From positions 1-36,236 of the forward strand of contig DASUVL010000734.1 in assembly GCA_036379015.1 (NCBI GenBank): a DNA stretch of 36,236 bases, read 5' to 3'. Source of the stretch: Niastella sp. (GTDB lineage Bacteria; Bacteroidota; Bacteroidia; Chitinophagales; Chitinophagaceae). This document shows positions 15,770 through 25,647 of the stretch, piece after piece (the first letter of the stretch is position 1; each line of letters opens with the position of its first letter). A model generated the notes under the pieces. That model ran no database searches. It had not been told where the DNA came from and was given only the letters and a program-made list of their open reading frames with translations. Position numbers and translations under genes: made by a program.

Positions 15770-18046
15770 ATGAGATATATTACCTGTTTTCTTATTGTAT
15801 TGGTAGCAAATACTGTTCAATCCTTTTCACAGGAAACCCGGGCAGTAATGGACCAACTGGCAAGCCGATTAAACAACTATTCGCAGGTTAATTCAAATAC
15901 ATCCGTTTATTTAAGAACCGCCAAAGATATATATGTCAGGGGCGAAGATTGTTGGTTCAATGCTTTTATATTGAATGCGCAGGATTTTTCCTTTTCAGCA
16001 GTTGATAAAACACTGTATCTGCAATTACAGCAAATGGGAACCGACAGTATCGTATGGCAGGAAATGTATCCTATTGCCAACGGTGTTTCTTACGGACATG
16101 TGTATATTGCCCAAACCCTGCCCGAAGGCGATTACTGGCTGAAAGCCTATACAGCCCGCTCCTTTTTTTTGAATCAACCCTGCTTTTATGCGGCAACCCC
16201 TATTCAGGTAGTCAAAGAAGTTCGCTCGATAAAACATAACAGCAATTCACAACAACAGGCTGGTACAATTATAAAAGACAGAGTTCAACTAGGCGTTTTC
16301 CCTGAAGGTGGCAACCTCGTAGCAGGTTTGCAAAACGCGGTCGCTTTTAAAGCGGTTGGCCCGAATGGTCATCCGGTAAAAATAAACGGAACCTTGTTAA
16401 AAGGTAATATAGCTGTGCTCAATTTTAAGACCATTCATGCCGGCATGGGCAGCTTTTCGTTTACGCCTGAAAAAAATGCGGAGTACCGTATAAAACTTGA
16501 AAACAACGACAGCCTGTATCCTTTTCCTAAAGTTCAGGACGATGGATTAGTAATGCAGCTGGTAAAAAATGACAGAGACGGTTTAGTTTTTAAGATCAGC
16601 ATGGATCATGTGCCTGACAAAAAAAAGGTTTTCCTCCGGTTGCAGGTAAGAGGAACAGTGCAATCCATCGCTGCAGGAACACTTACAGACAGCCTTGAAA
16701 TAAAAATTCCTACGCAAAACATCCCCCAGGGAATAGCGGAAGTGACTCTTTTCGATGAGCAGTTGCGGCCGTTGGCCGAGCGATTGGTTTATCTGCATCC
16801 TGAAAAAAAGTTATGTATCAGCCTTAGCCCCGTGAATGAACAATATGCTCAGAAAGAAAAGGTGTCTTTAAAAATTAAAACAACCGATGAGGGCGGAAAC
16901 CCCGTTCCTGCAGTACTAAGCCTGCGTGTGTATGATCATCTGTTTGGTAACAGGGCAAACACCCGGGATATTGCTGCCTATTATTATCTCTCTACTCAAT
17001 TGCGCGGACGCATTGATGATCCTGCATATTATTTCGACAGCAGCCACAGCGATCGTAAACAGGCATTGGACTTATTACTGCGTACACAAGGGTGGCGGCG
17101 ATATGCGTGGAGTGAAGAAGCCCTCAAAGAGGCAACCGAAAATCAAAGACCTGCTTTATCAGATAGCTGTAAAGCACAAATAACAACGCTCAAAAAATCA
17201 GCGAAAGTAAGACAGCCGTTGTCGCTTATGCTGTTTAATTACAATAAAAGTTTATCACAGGTTGCCATTACAGATAGTAATGGACTGTTTTATTTGACCC
17301 CTGACCATTTAACAATAGGCCCACGGCTTTTTATAAAATATTTTTCAGAAAAAGAGTACGGTATACAAGTCGCCGATCCTTTTGAACCCATTAAATCAAG
17401 TGCCCTCCCACAACTTATCGCATATGAAACAAGAAGTGATAATATATCAGGAAATGACGATGAAATGAGCGCTAATGAAGTCAACTATCTGCAATACGGA
17501 AAAACATTGGAGGAAGTTACTGTTGTTGCCAAAGGCAGAGGCTTTAAAGATAAATACCTCGGCTACTTAGACAGCGTTGCAAAATACGAAGGGAATACAG
17601 ATTATGTGGGAGAATGCGGGTGGTTGAACTGTCCCGACGGCCGAACCGATATTAAACCCATTGAGGGTAAGCAGTACCCCATATTTACTGCTGATGTTAC
17701 CTCACATCGCAAGGTTGTTTTAACGAAAGAAAACCACAAAACGATAACTTATCATTATCCCACATACACAGAAGAAGAACTTCTTAAAAAGCTTAAAATG
17801 GGCATAGCAAAAGGTTATTATCAAAGCCGCGCATTTTATAAGCCTGACTATGATAAAGAAAGTAACGCTGTTACAGATAATCGAATTACGTTATTATGGG
17901 AGCCAGTGATCATTACCGATAAAAACGGTGCGGCAACTATCACTTTCTTTTGTTCCGATATCCGTAGCCGGTTTATTGGCGTAATAGAAGGAGTTGGCGA
18001 ACAAGGTTTGCCGGGCGTAAATAAGTTTAGTTTTAGGGTAAGATAG
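15770..18046 (+). CDS. secreted macroglobulin (MG2)-domain protein
   Basis: Signal peptide; VYL.T.KDIY..GE..WF.A, FPEGGNLVAG, PLAERLV, LDLLLRTQGWRRY.W, GY...R.FYKP.Y, R.TLLWEP.IITD.NG.A...F..SD. Start moved to 15770. Confidence 0.8.
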   Translation: MRYITCFLIVLVANTVQSFSQETRAVMDQLASRLNNYSQVNSNTSVYLRTAKDIYVRGEDCWFNAFILNAQDFSFSAVDKTLYLQLQQMGTDSIVWQEMYPIANGVSYGHVYIAQTLPEGDYWLKAYTARSFFLNQPCFYAATPIQVVKEVRSIKHNSNSQQQAGTIIKDRVQLGVFPEGGNLVAGLQNAVAFKAVGPNGHPVKINGTLLKGNIAVLNFKTIHAGMGSFSFTPEKNAEYRIKLENNDSLYPFPKVQDDGLVMQLVKNDRDGLVFKISMDHVPDKKKVFLRLQVRGTVQSIAAGTLTDSLEIKIPTQNIPQGIAEVTLFDEQLRPLAERLVYLHPEKKLCISLSPVNEQYAQKEKVSLKIKTTDEGGNPVPAVLSLRVYDHLFGNRANTRDIAAYYYLSTQLRGRIDDPAYYFDSSHSDRKQALDLLLRTQGWRRYAWSEEALKEATENQRPALSDSCKAQITTLKKSAKVRQPLSLMLFNYNKSLSQVAITDSNGLFYLTPDHLTIGPRLFIKYFSEKEYGIQVADPFEPIKSSALPQLIAYETRSDNISGNDDEMSANEVNYLQYGKTLEEVTVVAKGRGFKDKYLGYLDSVAKYEGNTDYVGECGWLNCPDGRTDIKPIEGKQYPIFTADVTSHRKVVLTKENHKTITYHYPTYTEEELLKKLKMGIAKGYYQSRAFYKPDYDKESNAVTDNRITLLWEPVIITDKNGAATITFFCSDIRSRFIGVIEGVGEQGLPGVNKFSFRVR

Positions 18047-18088
18047 CCTGTTAAATAACAGTTTAATGACACATAAGGTAAGCAAGTA

Positions 18089-18983
18089 TATGAAAATCGG
18101 CGGCAAAGTAGCATTACGGAAAATGAGTTATAAAGTTTTATGGGCTATTGTTATATTATTTTCTCTCAGGCTTTGTTTTTTTGATATATATAGAATTCCA
18201 AGTAATTCTATGGAAAATAAGTTTAAGCGCGATGATCATATTTTTATAAATAAAACTAATTACAGCGGGCCTTTATCGGGCTTGTTCAAAAAACTATCTA
18301 TATCCTGCGCACCTCATCTAAATGACATCTTTGTTTTTAAAATAAAAAAAGAGTTGCCTAAGTTCTTCGTAAAAAGGTGTGTTGGGCTTCCCGGATGCGG
18401 AATTGAGATCAGAAATGGCGTTGTGAAGGTCGATGGTAAAGCAGTTATTGAGCCTTTAAGTGTCAGGCATCATTACAAGATCTGGTATAATGATTTTTAT
18501 GAAGTAAAGGCAGAGATAGAGCGAGCTAATATTGATAAGCTTGAAAACAGTTATAGAAAATTTCCAAAGTATGTTTTTATTGCACTTGATAAAGTTCAGA
18601 AAGATAAATTGAAGAAGGGAATAGATTCCATTACGAGATACAATGCATTACATGATCCGGATAGTATAATGATCAAAGCGCCTCTATTAAGGGAAAACTG
18701 CCTGGATATGCCTTTGGTAATTATTCCATCCACAGGTATGAAAATTTATTTTAATCAGCAGAGCTGTTCAGCATATGAAAATGCTATACGGCGCTATGAG
18801 GATACATCGTTTCATCGTTCGGGAGAATATTGTTATATAAAAGGGAAAAGGGTCGATTCGTTCATTTTCAAAAGGAATTATTTTTTTATGATGGGCGATA
18901 ACCGGGATATTGCCATTGATTCGCGGCGATATGGTTTAATACCGGAAGAAAATTTAATAGGAAAATACATGTTTCGGTTTTGA
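18089..18983 (+). CDS. lepB: signal peptidase I (S26), cluster-associated paralog
   Basis: IPSNSME (catalytic Ser), FVKRCVGLPG (catalytic Lys), FMMGDNR..AIDSRRYG. Start uncertain (18066, 18089 or 18122). Confidence 0.9.
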
Positions 18984-19034
18984 CGACCGTTTATTTGCCA
19001 AATGTGCAACTCCGGATTATTAGTCACCTCCACA

Positions 19035-20138
19035 CTATGCTATAAAATCATTTACGGTCTCCAGTCTGTAGCCTTTACCATGGATATTTGTTATGCGAAG
19101 ATCAGGATCAGCGCTTAATTTTTTTCTAAGCTTTGATATGAACATATCAAGGCTGCGACCGGTGATGACCCCTTCGTTGATCCAGACTTCCTGCATCAGA
19201 GTTTCGCGGGGGATCAGTTCACCGAAATTTTTGTGGAGCAATTCGAGGATCTTGCATTCTTTGTCTGTGAGACTAATCTCCTCACTCCCCAAAAGCAAGA
19301 GCTGCCCCTTCACATTAAATAAAAATTTTCCGAGCGCAGCCATTTCCGGAACGGACTCTTTTATTATAGCGTGGTCTTGATGCTGCACTGGCACTGGTTT
19401 TAAAATTTTCCCAAAACGCCCAATCAACAAGGTAACAACCAACAACACCAGTATGCCGCCAAAAACCAGATTCATTAATTGATAGCCGGCGGTTGTCGTT
19501 TTGAATGGGGAAGGTTTTGGATTGGCTTCCCGGGGATCAACTTTAAATGATTTGAGTGCTGAAGTCCGCTGGTCGATGTCATAGTCGGAGGTTGTCGCTG
19601 ATATGAGTGCTGAAGTCCGTTGGTCGATGTCAGCTTTTTGCTGTTTTACGTTCTCATAAAAATTCGGAAAGGTAAATTCGATTGTGTAACAACCTGGGGG
19701 CTGACTTCTGTGCCTGCAAGCCAGGATGTCTGGCGAGGTATTATTTACCTGGAAACCATAGACGATGTCACCTTTCATGCAATCATGTACTGTAATGGTG
19801 TAACCCGAAGGGAACTGTTTTTTGGGAAGCAAGCCCCGTGACAGCACTATGAGCGAGTCGTGGTTAAAAACGAATTCTTTTTCGAACTTGAGCAGAAACG
19901 TACCTTCTTTAACCTCGGTAACGGGCAATATACGTGAGGTTGAGTCACCTGCCTGCAGCAGCAACCGATGACCAATTTGACGGATACTGAGGTTCACTTG
20001 CTTCGCCCGTAAGTCGCGATCGGAATGTTTTTTGAAAGACGAGGTAATAAAAAAAATGGCAAGCATCACGATGGCAATGCCAGAACCCACCACCAACCGG
20101 TTAGCGAAAAAGCCGGTAAAAGCAGAATTTACACGCAT
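19035..20138 (-). CDS. membrane-anchored one-component regulator with C-terminal OmpR/PhoB-type winged helix
   Basis: Two TM segments flanking a periplasmic domain (LSIRQIGHRLLL..GDSTSRILP); LTDKE.KIL.LL, RETLMQEVW, RSLDMFISKLRKKL, NIHGKGYRL. Confidence 0.88.
   Translation of the reverse strand: MRVNSAFTGFFANRLVVGSGIAIVMLAIFFITSSFKKHSDRDLRAKQVNLSIRQIGHRLLLQAGDSTSRILPVTEVKEGTFLLKFEKEFVFNHDSLIVLSRGLLPKKQFPSGYTITVHDCMKGDIVYGFQVNNTSPDILACRHRSQPPGCYTIEFTFPNFYENVKQQKADIDQRTSALISATTSDYDIDQRTSALKSFKVDPREANPKPSPFKTTTAGYQLMNLVFGGILVLLVVTLLIGRFGKILKPVPVQHQDHAIIKESVPEMAALGKFLFNVKGQLLLLGSEEISLTDKECKILELLHKNFGELIPRETLMQEVWINEGVITGRSLDMFISKLRKKLSADPDLRITNIHGKGYRLETVNDFIA
19553..19632. repeat. 29-bp direct repeat, 51-bp period, in frame (DIDQRTSAL twice)
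   Basis: tgagtgctgaagtccgYtggtcgatgtca at 19553 and 19604, one mismatch. Confidence 0.9.
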
Positions 20139-20166
20139 TTACATTTCTTTTTACAATTGATTTACA
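20128..20166. promoter_or_regulatory. four TTTACA direct repeats, candidate wHTH binding array
   Basis: TTTACA at 20128, 20138, 20150 and 20161, between the divergent regulator and its neighbours. Confidence 0.65.
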
Positions 20167-20223
20167 AGGTGCGGCAACGCGGGTGCGTATGTTCGCATAT
20201 ATGAAATTAAAACAATTTTTGCT

Positions 20224-20508
20224 ATGAAACTTTTTAAGAGATCGTTTACCATCTTCTTTTTGCTCGCGACATGTTGTGCATCGCTTACCTGGGCGCAATC
20301 CGATGTAATCACTTCCTACGGACCTAACAGTATCACTCGTAATATCATACAAGATAGAAATGTCCACATTTGGATCGCTTCATTTAAGGGTATTTTTAAA
20401 TATGATGGAAAATCGTTTACCAATATCACAAATAAAGTAAGTTCGGCCCGTTTTTTTTCTATTTTAGAAGATGGAAAAGGCAACTTGTGGTTCGGCTCCA
20501 TGGTTTGA
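20224..20508 (+). pseudogene. truncated Reg_prop (two-component regulator propeller) repeat protein
   Basis: Signal peptide plus only two blades (IIQDRN..IWIA..GIFKYDGKSF; ILEDGKGNLWFGS), then a stop. Confidence 0.75.
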
Positions 20509-20552
20509 AAAAGACCTCATGCTCCGAAAAAAATTATACAAAAATTTAAATA

Positions 20553-22301
20553 ATGATGAGTAAGATTAACAGAACAATTATTCAGATCATTTTCCTTATA
20601 GTTTTTATAGTAACAGGCATCTTTAATGTCTCTTATGGACAAGCCAAAGTGGATAAACTTGATAAGCTGATAAGTGCATATGCTGAATATGGAAAATTTA
20701 ATGGATCTGTTCTGGTCGCTGAAAAAGGCAAGGTTATTTACAAAAAGGGGTTTGGATTGGCTGATATGGAATGGAATATTCCCAATCGGCCTGACACTAA
20801 ACATAGGCTAGGTTCCATCACCAAGCAATTTACTGCCATGTTGATCATGCAATTGGTTGAACAAGGTAAATTGAAATTAGATGTACCCATTTCCACTTAT
20901 CTTCCTGACTATCCTAAAAAAAACGGAGATATAATTACGATTCATCACCTGCTCACACACAGTTCCGGAATTCCGAATATGACTTCGTTTCCCTCGTTCG
21001 TTAAGGACGTCATGCGTAATTCTTACAGTCCGGTGCAGCTTGTGAATATGTCCGCTGACTCAACGCTGCAATTCAAACCCGGAGAAAGGTTTGCTTACAG
21101 CAATTCAGGCTATCTACTATTGGGTTACATCATTGAAAAAGTAACAGGTAAATCGTACGAGCAGGTATTACAGGAGAACATTTTTACTCCGCTCAAAATG
21201 AATAATACCGGATATGATCATCATGGAACTTTGTTGAAGAACAGGGCTGGTGGCTATGAAAAAAATGGAAGGCGTTATGTCAATGCAAATTTTATTGACA
21301 TGTCAGTGCCACACGCTGCGGGAGCATTGTATTCAACAGTAGAAGATCTGTATCTCTGGGATCAGGCATTGTATGGCAATCAACTGCTGCGGAAGGAAAA
21401 TATGGAGCTGTTATTTGCCAAACATATCCCGTCGGGCGGGAGTTATTATGGTTATGGTTGGGGCATTGGTGAAATTCCCTTAGGTAACACGGCAGAGCGA
21501 AAAGAAACAATAGGCCATGGAGGCGGGATAAATGGTTTTAATACACAGCTCACCCGGATCCCATCGGATAAATCATTCATTGTGTTATTGAATAACACAG
21601 GAGGAGCTCCTCTCGGTGAAATGGTGAATGCCATTGCTGCAATTCTTTATGATAAAACCTACAACCTTCCTAAAAGATCTGTTGCTTATTCATTGGCAGA
21701 CAGGATAGAGTCAGCGGGGATTCCCGCTGCGCTTGAATATTATAAAGGCATCAAAGATTCCACTGGGTTCTACCTGAATGAAAGGGAAATGAACAGCACG
21801 GGGTACGAATTCCTGCAATCGGGTAAAGTGAAAGAAGCAGCTGCCATTTTTAAACTCAATACACAAGCGTTTCCTAAATCAGCAAATGTTTATGATAGCT
21901 ATGGGGAAGCACTCATGGCACTTGGAAACAAAACAGAGGCCATCGAAAATTATAAGAAATCTGTAAAATTAAACCCGGCTAACGAAGGCGGAATCAAAAT
22001 ATTAAAAGACAACGGTGTCAGGACAGATGACCTGATCAAAAAAGTTCCAGTTGAATATTTGAAACTTTTGGAAGGTGAATACCTGAACGTTGATAATAAA
22101 GAATATAAGATCAAATTTGAGATAACGGAAGGCATATTGTACGGCAATGACAGGGGCTACAGATATAAAGTACTTCCGGTTGGGGGAGAAGGTGAGTTTG
22201 TTAATCCGGATGATGGAGCTTCATTGGTTTTCGATACCAAAGACAAGAATGCAATTACTATGGTACTTTTTGGAAGGGTTAAGTTCAAGAAGGTTTTGTG
22301 A
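20553..22301 (+). CDS. serine hydrolase (class C beta-lactamase/PBP-like family) with TPR tail
   Basis: GSITKQF (SxxK), LLTHSSG, YSN, HGG motifs; TPR (NVYDSYGEA..ALGNK.EAIENY). Beta-lactam activity is not established from sequence. Confidence 0.92.
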   Translation: MMSKINRTIIQIIFLIVFIVTGIFNVSYGQAKVDKLDKLISAYAEYGKFNGSVLVAEKGKVIYKKGFGLADMEWNIPNRPDTKHRLGSITKQFTAMLIMQLVEQGKLKLDVPISTYLPDYPKKNGDIITIHHLLTHSSGIPNMTSFPSFVKDVMRNSYSPVQLVNMSADSTLQFKPGERFAYSNSGYLLLGYIIEKVTGKSYEQVLQENIFTPLKMNNTGYDHHGTLLKNRAGGYEKNGRRYVNANFIDMSVPHAAGALYSTVEDLYLWDQALYGNQLLRKENMELLFAKHIPSGGSYYGYGWGIGEIPLGNTAERKETIGHGGGINGFNTQLTRIPSDKSFIVLLNNTGGAPLGEMVNAIAAILYDKTYNLPKRSVAYSLADRIESAGIPAALEYYKGIKDSTGFYLNEREMNSTGYEFLQSGKVKEAAAIFKLNTQAFPKSANVYDSYGEALMALGNKTEAIENYKKSVKLNPANEGGIKILKDNGVRTDDLIKKVPVEYLKLLEGEYLNVDNKEYKIKFEITEGILYGNDRGYRYKVLPVGGEGEFVNPDDGASLVFDTKDKNAITMVLFGRVKFKKVL

Positions 22302-22471
22302 GAGAAGGAAATTTTCCCGGGAGGGCTTTTCCTTTTCTTACGAATATATCATGATGCTACAAGATTGTCCTGTATTATAATCCGGGACGCTTTTGCCGCT
22401 TTGTTGTTTACCAGCCTCATTAGCTTTGCGCGTTTAATTCTCAACCCCAACTAAACCCAAAGTTCTCCCTT

Positions 22472-25303
22472 ATGAAGCGGATAATCGCATCCTTCGTTTG
22501 CCTGATAGGTACCCTCTGTTCATTGCAGGCGCAAACCAAATGGTTTGTAACACCCGGCGCACCTGCTGCCGGAACTGGCAATTCGTGGGCAGATCCCCGC
22601 GACCTGCAAACCGCTATCAATAATGCCGCATCTGGCGACAGCGTGTTTGTAGCACAAGGTCTTTATCAACTCGCCAGCGGGCAAACATTCAGCATGAAAG
22701 GAAACGTAAAGATCTACGGTCGCTTTGCAGGCACGGAAACATTTTTGAGCGAACGTAATTTAAAAGTCACCTATGCCTCCACGCTAAGGGCCAATAATGG
22801 ACGGGTAATTACCAATAACAACAACGGTTTGCTCGCCAATGCGGTACTGGATGGTTTTACGATCACCAATGGTACAGCGAATACCGGAGGCGGCATCTAT
22901 AACGCAGCTTCCTCACCAACCATCAGCAATTGCATTTTTACAGCCAATAACGGCGCTGGTATCTATAACACAAACAATAGCGCCGCTACTATTATCAATT
23001 GTGTTTTTACCGGCAATACCAGCACCACCTTCAACGCGAGAGGCGCCGGCATCTCCAATTATAATGCGGATGGGGTAACCATCATGAATTGTGTTTTTAC
23101 CGGCAATACAGGTTACTCTTCCGGCGCCATATCGGTGCAGAATAATATCAATTTTGATGCAACCATTAAAATTTTCAACTGCACGATGTATGGAAATAGA
23201 TCCACTGTAACAATGTGGGGCGCCGGGGGACTGGAATTTGATGCAGCAAACCTTTCCCAGGTTAATAATTGTATTATCTGGGGTAATAGTTCAGCCAGTA
23301 ATAATCCGGGAATAATAAAGCAAGCTTCACCCGACATTCAATATATTACCCTGGTTCACACTAACAACATTCAACAGGGTTATCCGGCGAATTGGGATTT
23401 TGACCCACACTTTGTAAACCCAACAAACCCGATAGGCCCCGATAATATCTGGGGCACTGCCGACGACGGGTTAAGGCTACAGGCAGGAAGCCTTGCCAGT
23501 AATACAGGTACGCCCGATATTACCAGCTTACCAATACCCAATACTGATTTTGCCGGCGACACCCGTGTACAGGGAAGCCGCATAGACTTAGGCGCTTACG
23601 AAAGCCTTTTTGCCTGCAATGGCCCCGGCACTTTGTATGTAGACTCCAGTGTAGCCATTTCGGGTGATGGCAGTAGTTGGTCAAATGCATTCAAATCGTT
23701 TTACGAGGCATTGGTAGCTGCCAATCAATGTACTAACGTAAGCAGTATTTTAGTAGCGCAGGGTACTTACCAACCACCAACCAAAAGTTCGTATAACCTG
23801 GTGCCGCACGTTAAAATATATGGCGGCTTCCCTGTGGGTGGCGCCTCTTTTGCCCAACGTAATCCAAAAACGTATGCAACTATTTTAAAAGCAAATGGTA
23901 ATCGTGTAATTTTCAATTATGCTGGTGGGCTTGATACAACAACGCTTTTAGATGGTTTTACCATAACCGGCGGTACGGGCTCCATCACCGAATTCAATGG
24001 ATACGGTACTGGCATACTTAACGTTCATACATCACCTACTATCAACAATTGCATAATTTCAGGCAACACAACGTTAAGCAATGGTGGCGCTGGAGGCGGT
24101 ATGTACAATAGGGGGCCGGGGGCTGATCCGGTGATAAGCCATTGTACATTTATTAACAATACGGCGGCCACTACCGGTAATGGTGGCGGCGCTGCTATTT
24201 TCAACGCCGATTGCGCCCCTATCATAAGCCATTGTAATTTCATTAATAACACTACAACTTACGGCGGCGCTATTTACAACGGTGGTTCAGCCATACCCGT
24301 TATAACCAATAGCATTTTTGCAGGCAACAATGCGTCTAAAGATGGTGGCGCTATAGCTAATTATGGCAATTCATTAAAGATCACCAATTCAACATTTGTC
24401 AATAATACGGCCGGCATGGGGGGCGGTGCAATAGATAACTGGAATTCCGCACTTACTATAAACAATGCTGCGTTTTGGGGCAATACAGGCAATACGTACA
24501 ATGATATCTGGCAGGAAAGCGGTCCCTTTTTTATCAATTATAGCTTTACACAAGGTACCTGGGCTGGAACCGGCAACATCGTTGGTAGTAATAGTCCGTT
24601 CGTAAACGCTGCCTCCCTTGCCGGTGCGGATGGCGTCTGGTACACGCAGGATGATGGATTGATGCTGGCGTCGGGCAGTCCCTGCATTAATGCCGGTATA
24701 CCCGATACCACAGGCTTATTCATAGGTAATACAGACATTGCAGGCAAAGCCCGTATCGTAGGCTCCGCCATAGATATAGGCGCTTATGAATACGACAACT
24801 TCGCATTGCCCGTCACCCTGCTCGGCTTTACAGGTAACCTGCACAACAACATGGCTTATTTGCAATGGCGAACGACGGAAGAATTAAACTTTAAACATTT
24901 TGCAGTAGAAAAAAGTACAGACGGCTTCGTGTTCCTGCCGTTGGGCATAGTGCCCGCCAAAGGAAGTGGCAGTAATTATAATTATGCTACCGAACAACAG
25001 CAACCAGTAACCTATTACCGGCTGAAGCTGGTTGATATCGATGGTAGCGCTACACACAGCCGCTACATCAGATTATCGCAACAAACTGACAACAGCCTGT
25101 TGGTTTATCCCAACCCTGCAACTAACCACATCAACATGCAGGTTGCAGCAGCAGGAAGCATATTCCTGTACACTGCCGATGGCAGAATGGTAAAAGCAAT
25201 ATCACTGCAGGCGGGCTTAAATACAATAGATATAAGTGAACTAGGTACTGGGGTATATTATGGAACTATAAATGGACAACAATTGAAATTTGTTAAAAAA
25301 TAG
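22472..25303 (+). CDS. T9SS cargo protein with two tandem beta-helix (choice-of-anchor Q/Pmp-like) modules
   Basis: Signal ending AQ; two G.G.SW...L..A / GG(A/G)IYN / IDLGAYE-IDIGAYE modules; LPVTLL.F Ig-like domain; VYPNPA ... KFVKK type A CTD. Confidence 0.9.
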   Translation: MKRIIASFVCLIGTLCSLQAQTKWFVTPGAPAAGTGNSWADPRDLQTAINNAASGDSVFVAQGLYQLASGQTFSMKGNVKIYGRFAGTETFLSERNLKVTYASTLRANNGRVITNNNNGLLANAVLDGFTITNGTANTGGGIYNAASSPTISNCIFTANNGAGIYNTNNSAATIINCVFTGNTSTTFNARGAGISNYNADGVTIMNCVFTGNTGYSSGAISVQNNINFDATIKIFNCTMYGNRSTVTMWGAGGLEFDAANLSQVNNCIIWGNSSASNNPGIIKQASPDIQYITLVHTNNIQQGYPANWDFDPHFVNPTNPIGPDNIWGTADDGLRLQAGSLASNTGTPDITSLPIPNTDFAGDTRVQGSRIDLGAYESLFACNGPGTLYVDSSVAISGDGSSWSNAFKSFYEALVAANQCTNVSSILVAQGTYQPPTKSSYNLVPHVKIYGGFPVGGASFAQRNPKTYATILKANGNRVIFNYAGGLDTTTLLDGFTITGGTGSITEFNGYGTGILNVHTSPTINNCIISGNTTLSNGGAGGGMYNRGPGADPVISHCTFINNTAATTGNGGGAAIFNADCAPIISHCNFINNTTTYGGAIYNGGSAIPVITNSIFAGNNASKDGGAIANYGNSLKITNSTFVNNTAGMGGGAIDNWNSALTINNAAFWGNTGNTYNDIWQESGPFFINYSFTQGTWAGTGNIVGSNSPFVNAASLAGADGVWYTQDDGLMLASGSPCINAGIPDTTGLFIGNTDIAGKARIVGSAIDIGAYEYDNFALPVTLLGFTGNLHNNMAYLQWRTTEELNFKHFAVEKSTDGFVFLPLGIVPAKGSGSNYNYATEQQQPVTYYRLKLVDIDGSATHSRYIRLSQQTDNSLLVYPNPATNHINMQVAAAGSIFLYTADGRMVKAISLQAGLNTIDISELGTGVYYGTINGQQLKFVKK

Positions 25304-25326
25304 GAGAAGGGAACAGGATCGTCATG

Positions 25327-25361
25327 AAAAAAGCCCGCCCCGGATTAAGGGGTGGGCTTTT
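25327..25361 (+). terminator. intrinsic terminator
   Basis: aaaagcccgcccc ggattaa ggggtgggctttt. Confidence 0.85.
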
Positions 25362-25647
25362 GGGTGTTTGGTAATAACGTGTACGGTAAAGCGGTTTTAA
25401 CAACAGACGCTTTTTATGCAAGAAATGAAGGAGGGCCAATAAATAGTTGCCTCACAACTTAAAGAATGTACAGTGCATGAGATTAAAAAGTGACTAGCAT
25501 GATATTACTTATTATGATCATGCATGCAAGCCGTTATACTGCAAAAACACACCAAAAACAAAACACTTAGTGATGATACATACTATTCTGTACAACCTGG
25601 CGTTAAGGCGGTTTTAGTCCATCTTTTAACCTAACCAATCAGGTACT

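Noticed and set aside
20553-22301. Calling this a true ampC resistance gene
   Set aside because: SxxK/YxN/HGG motifs are shared by many esterases and peptidases; substrate cannot be read from sequence.
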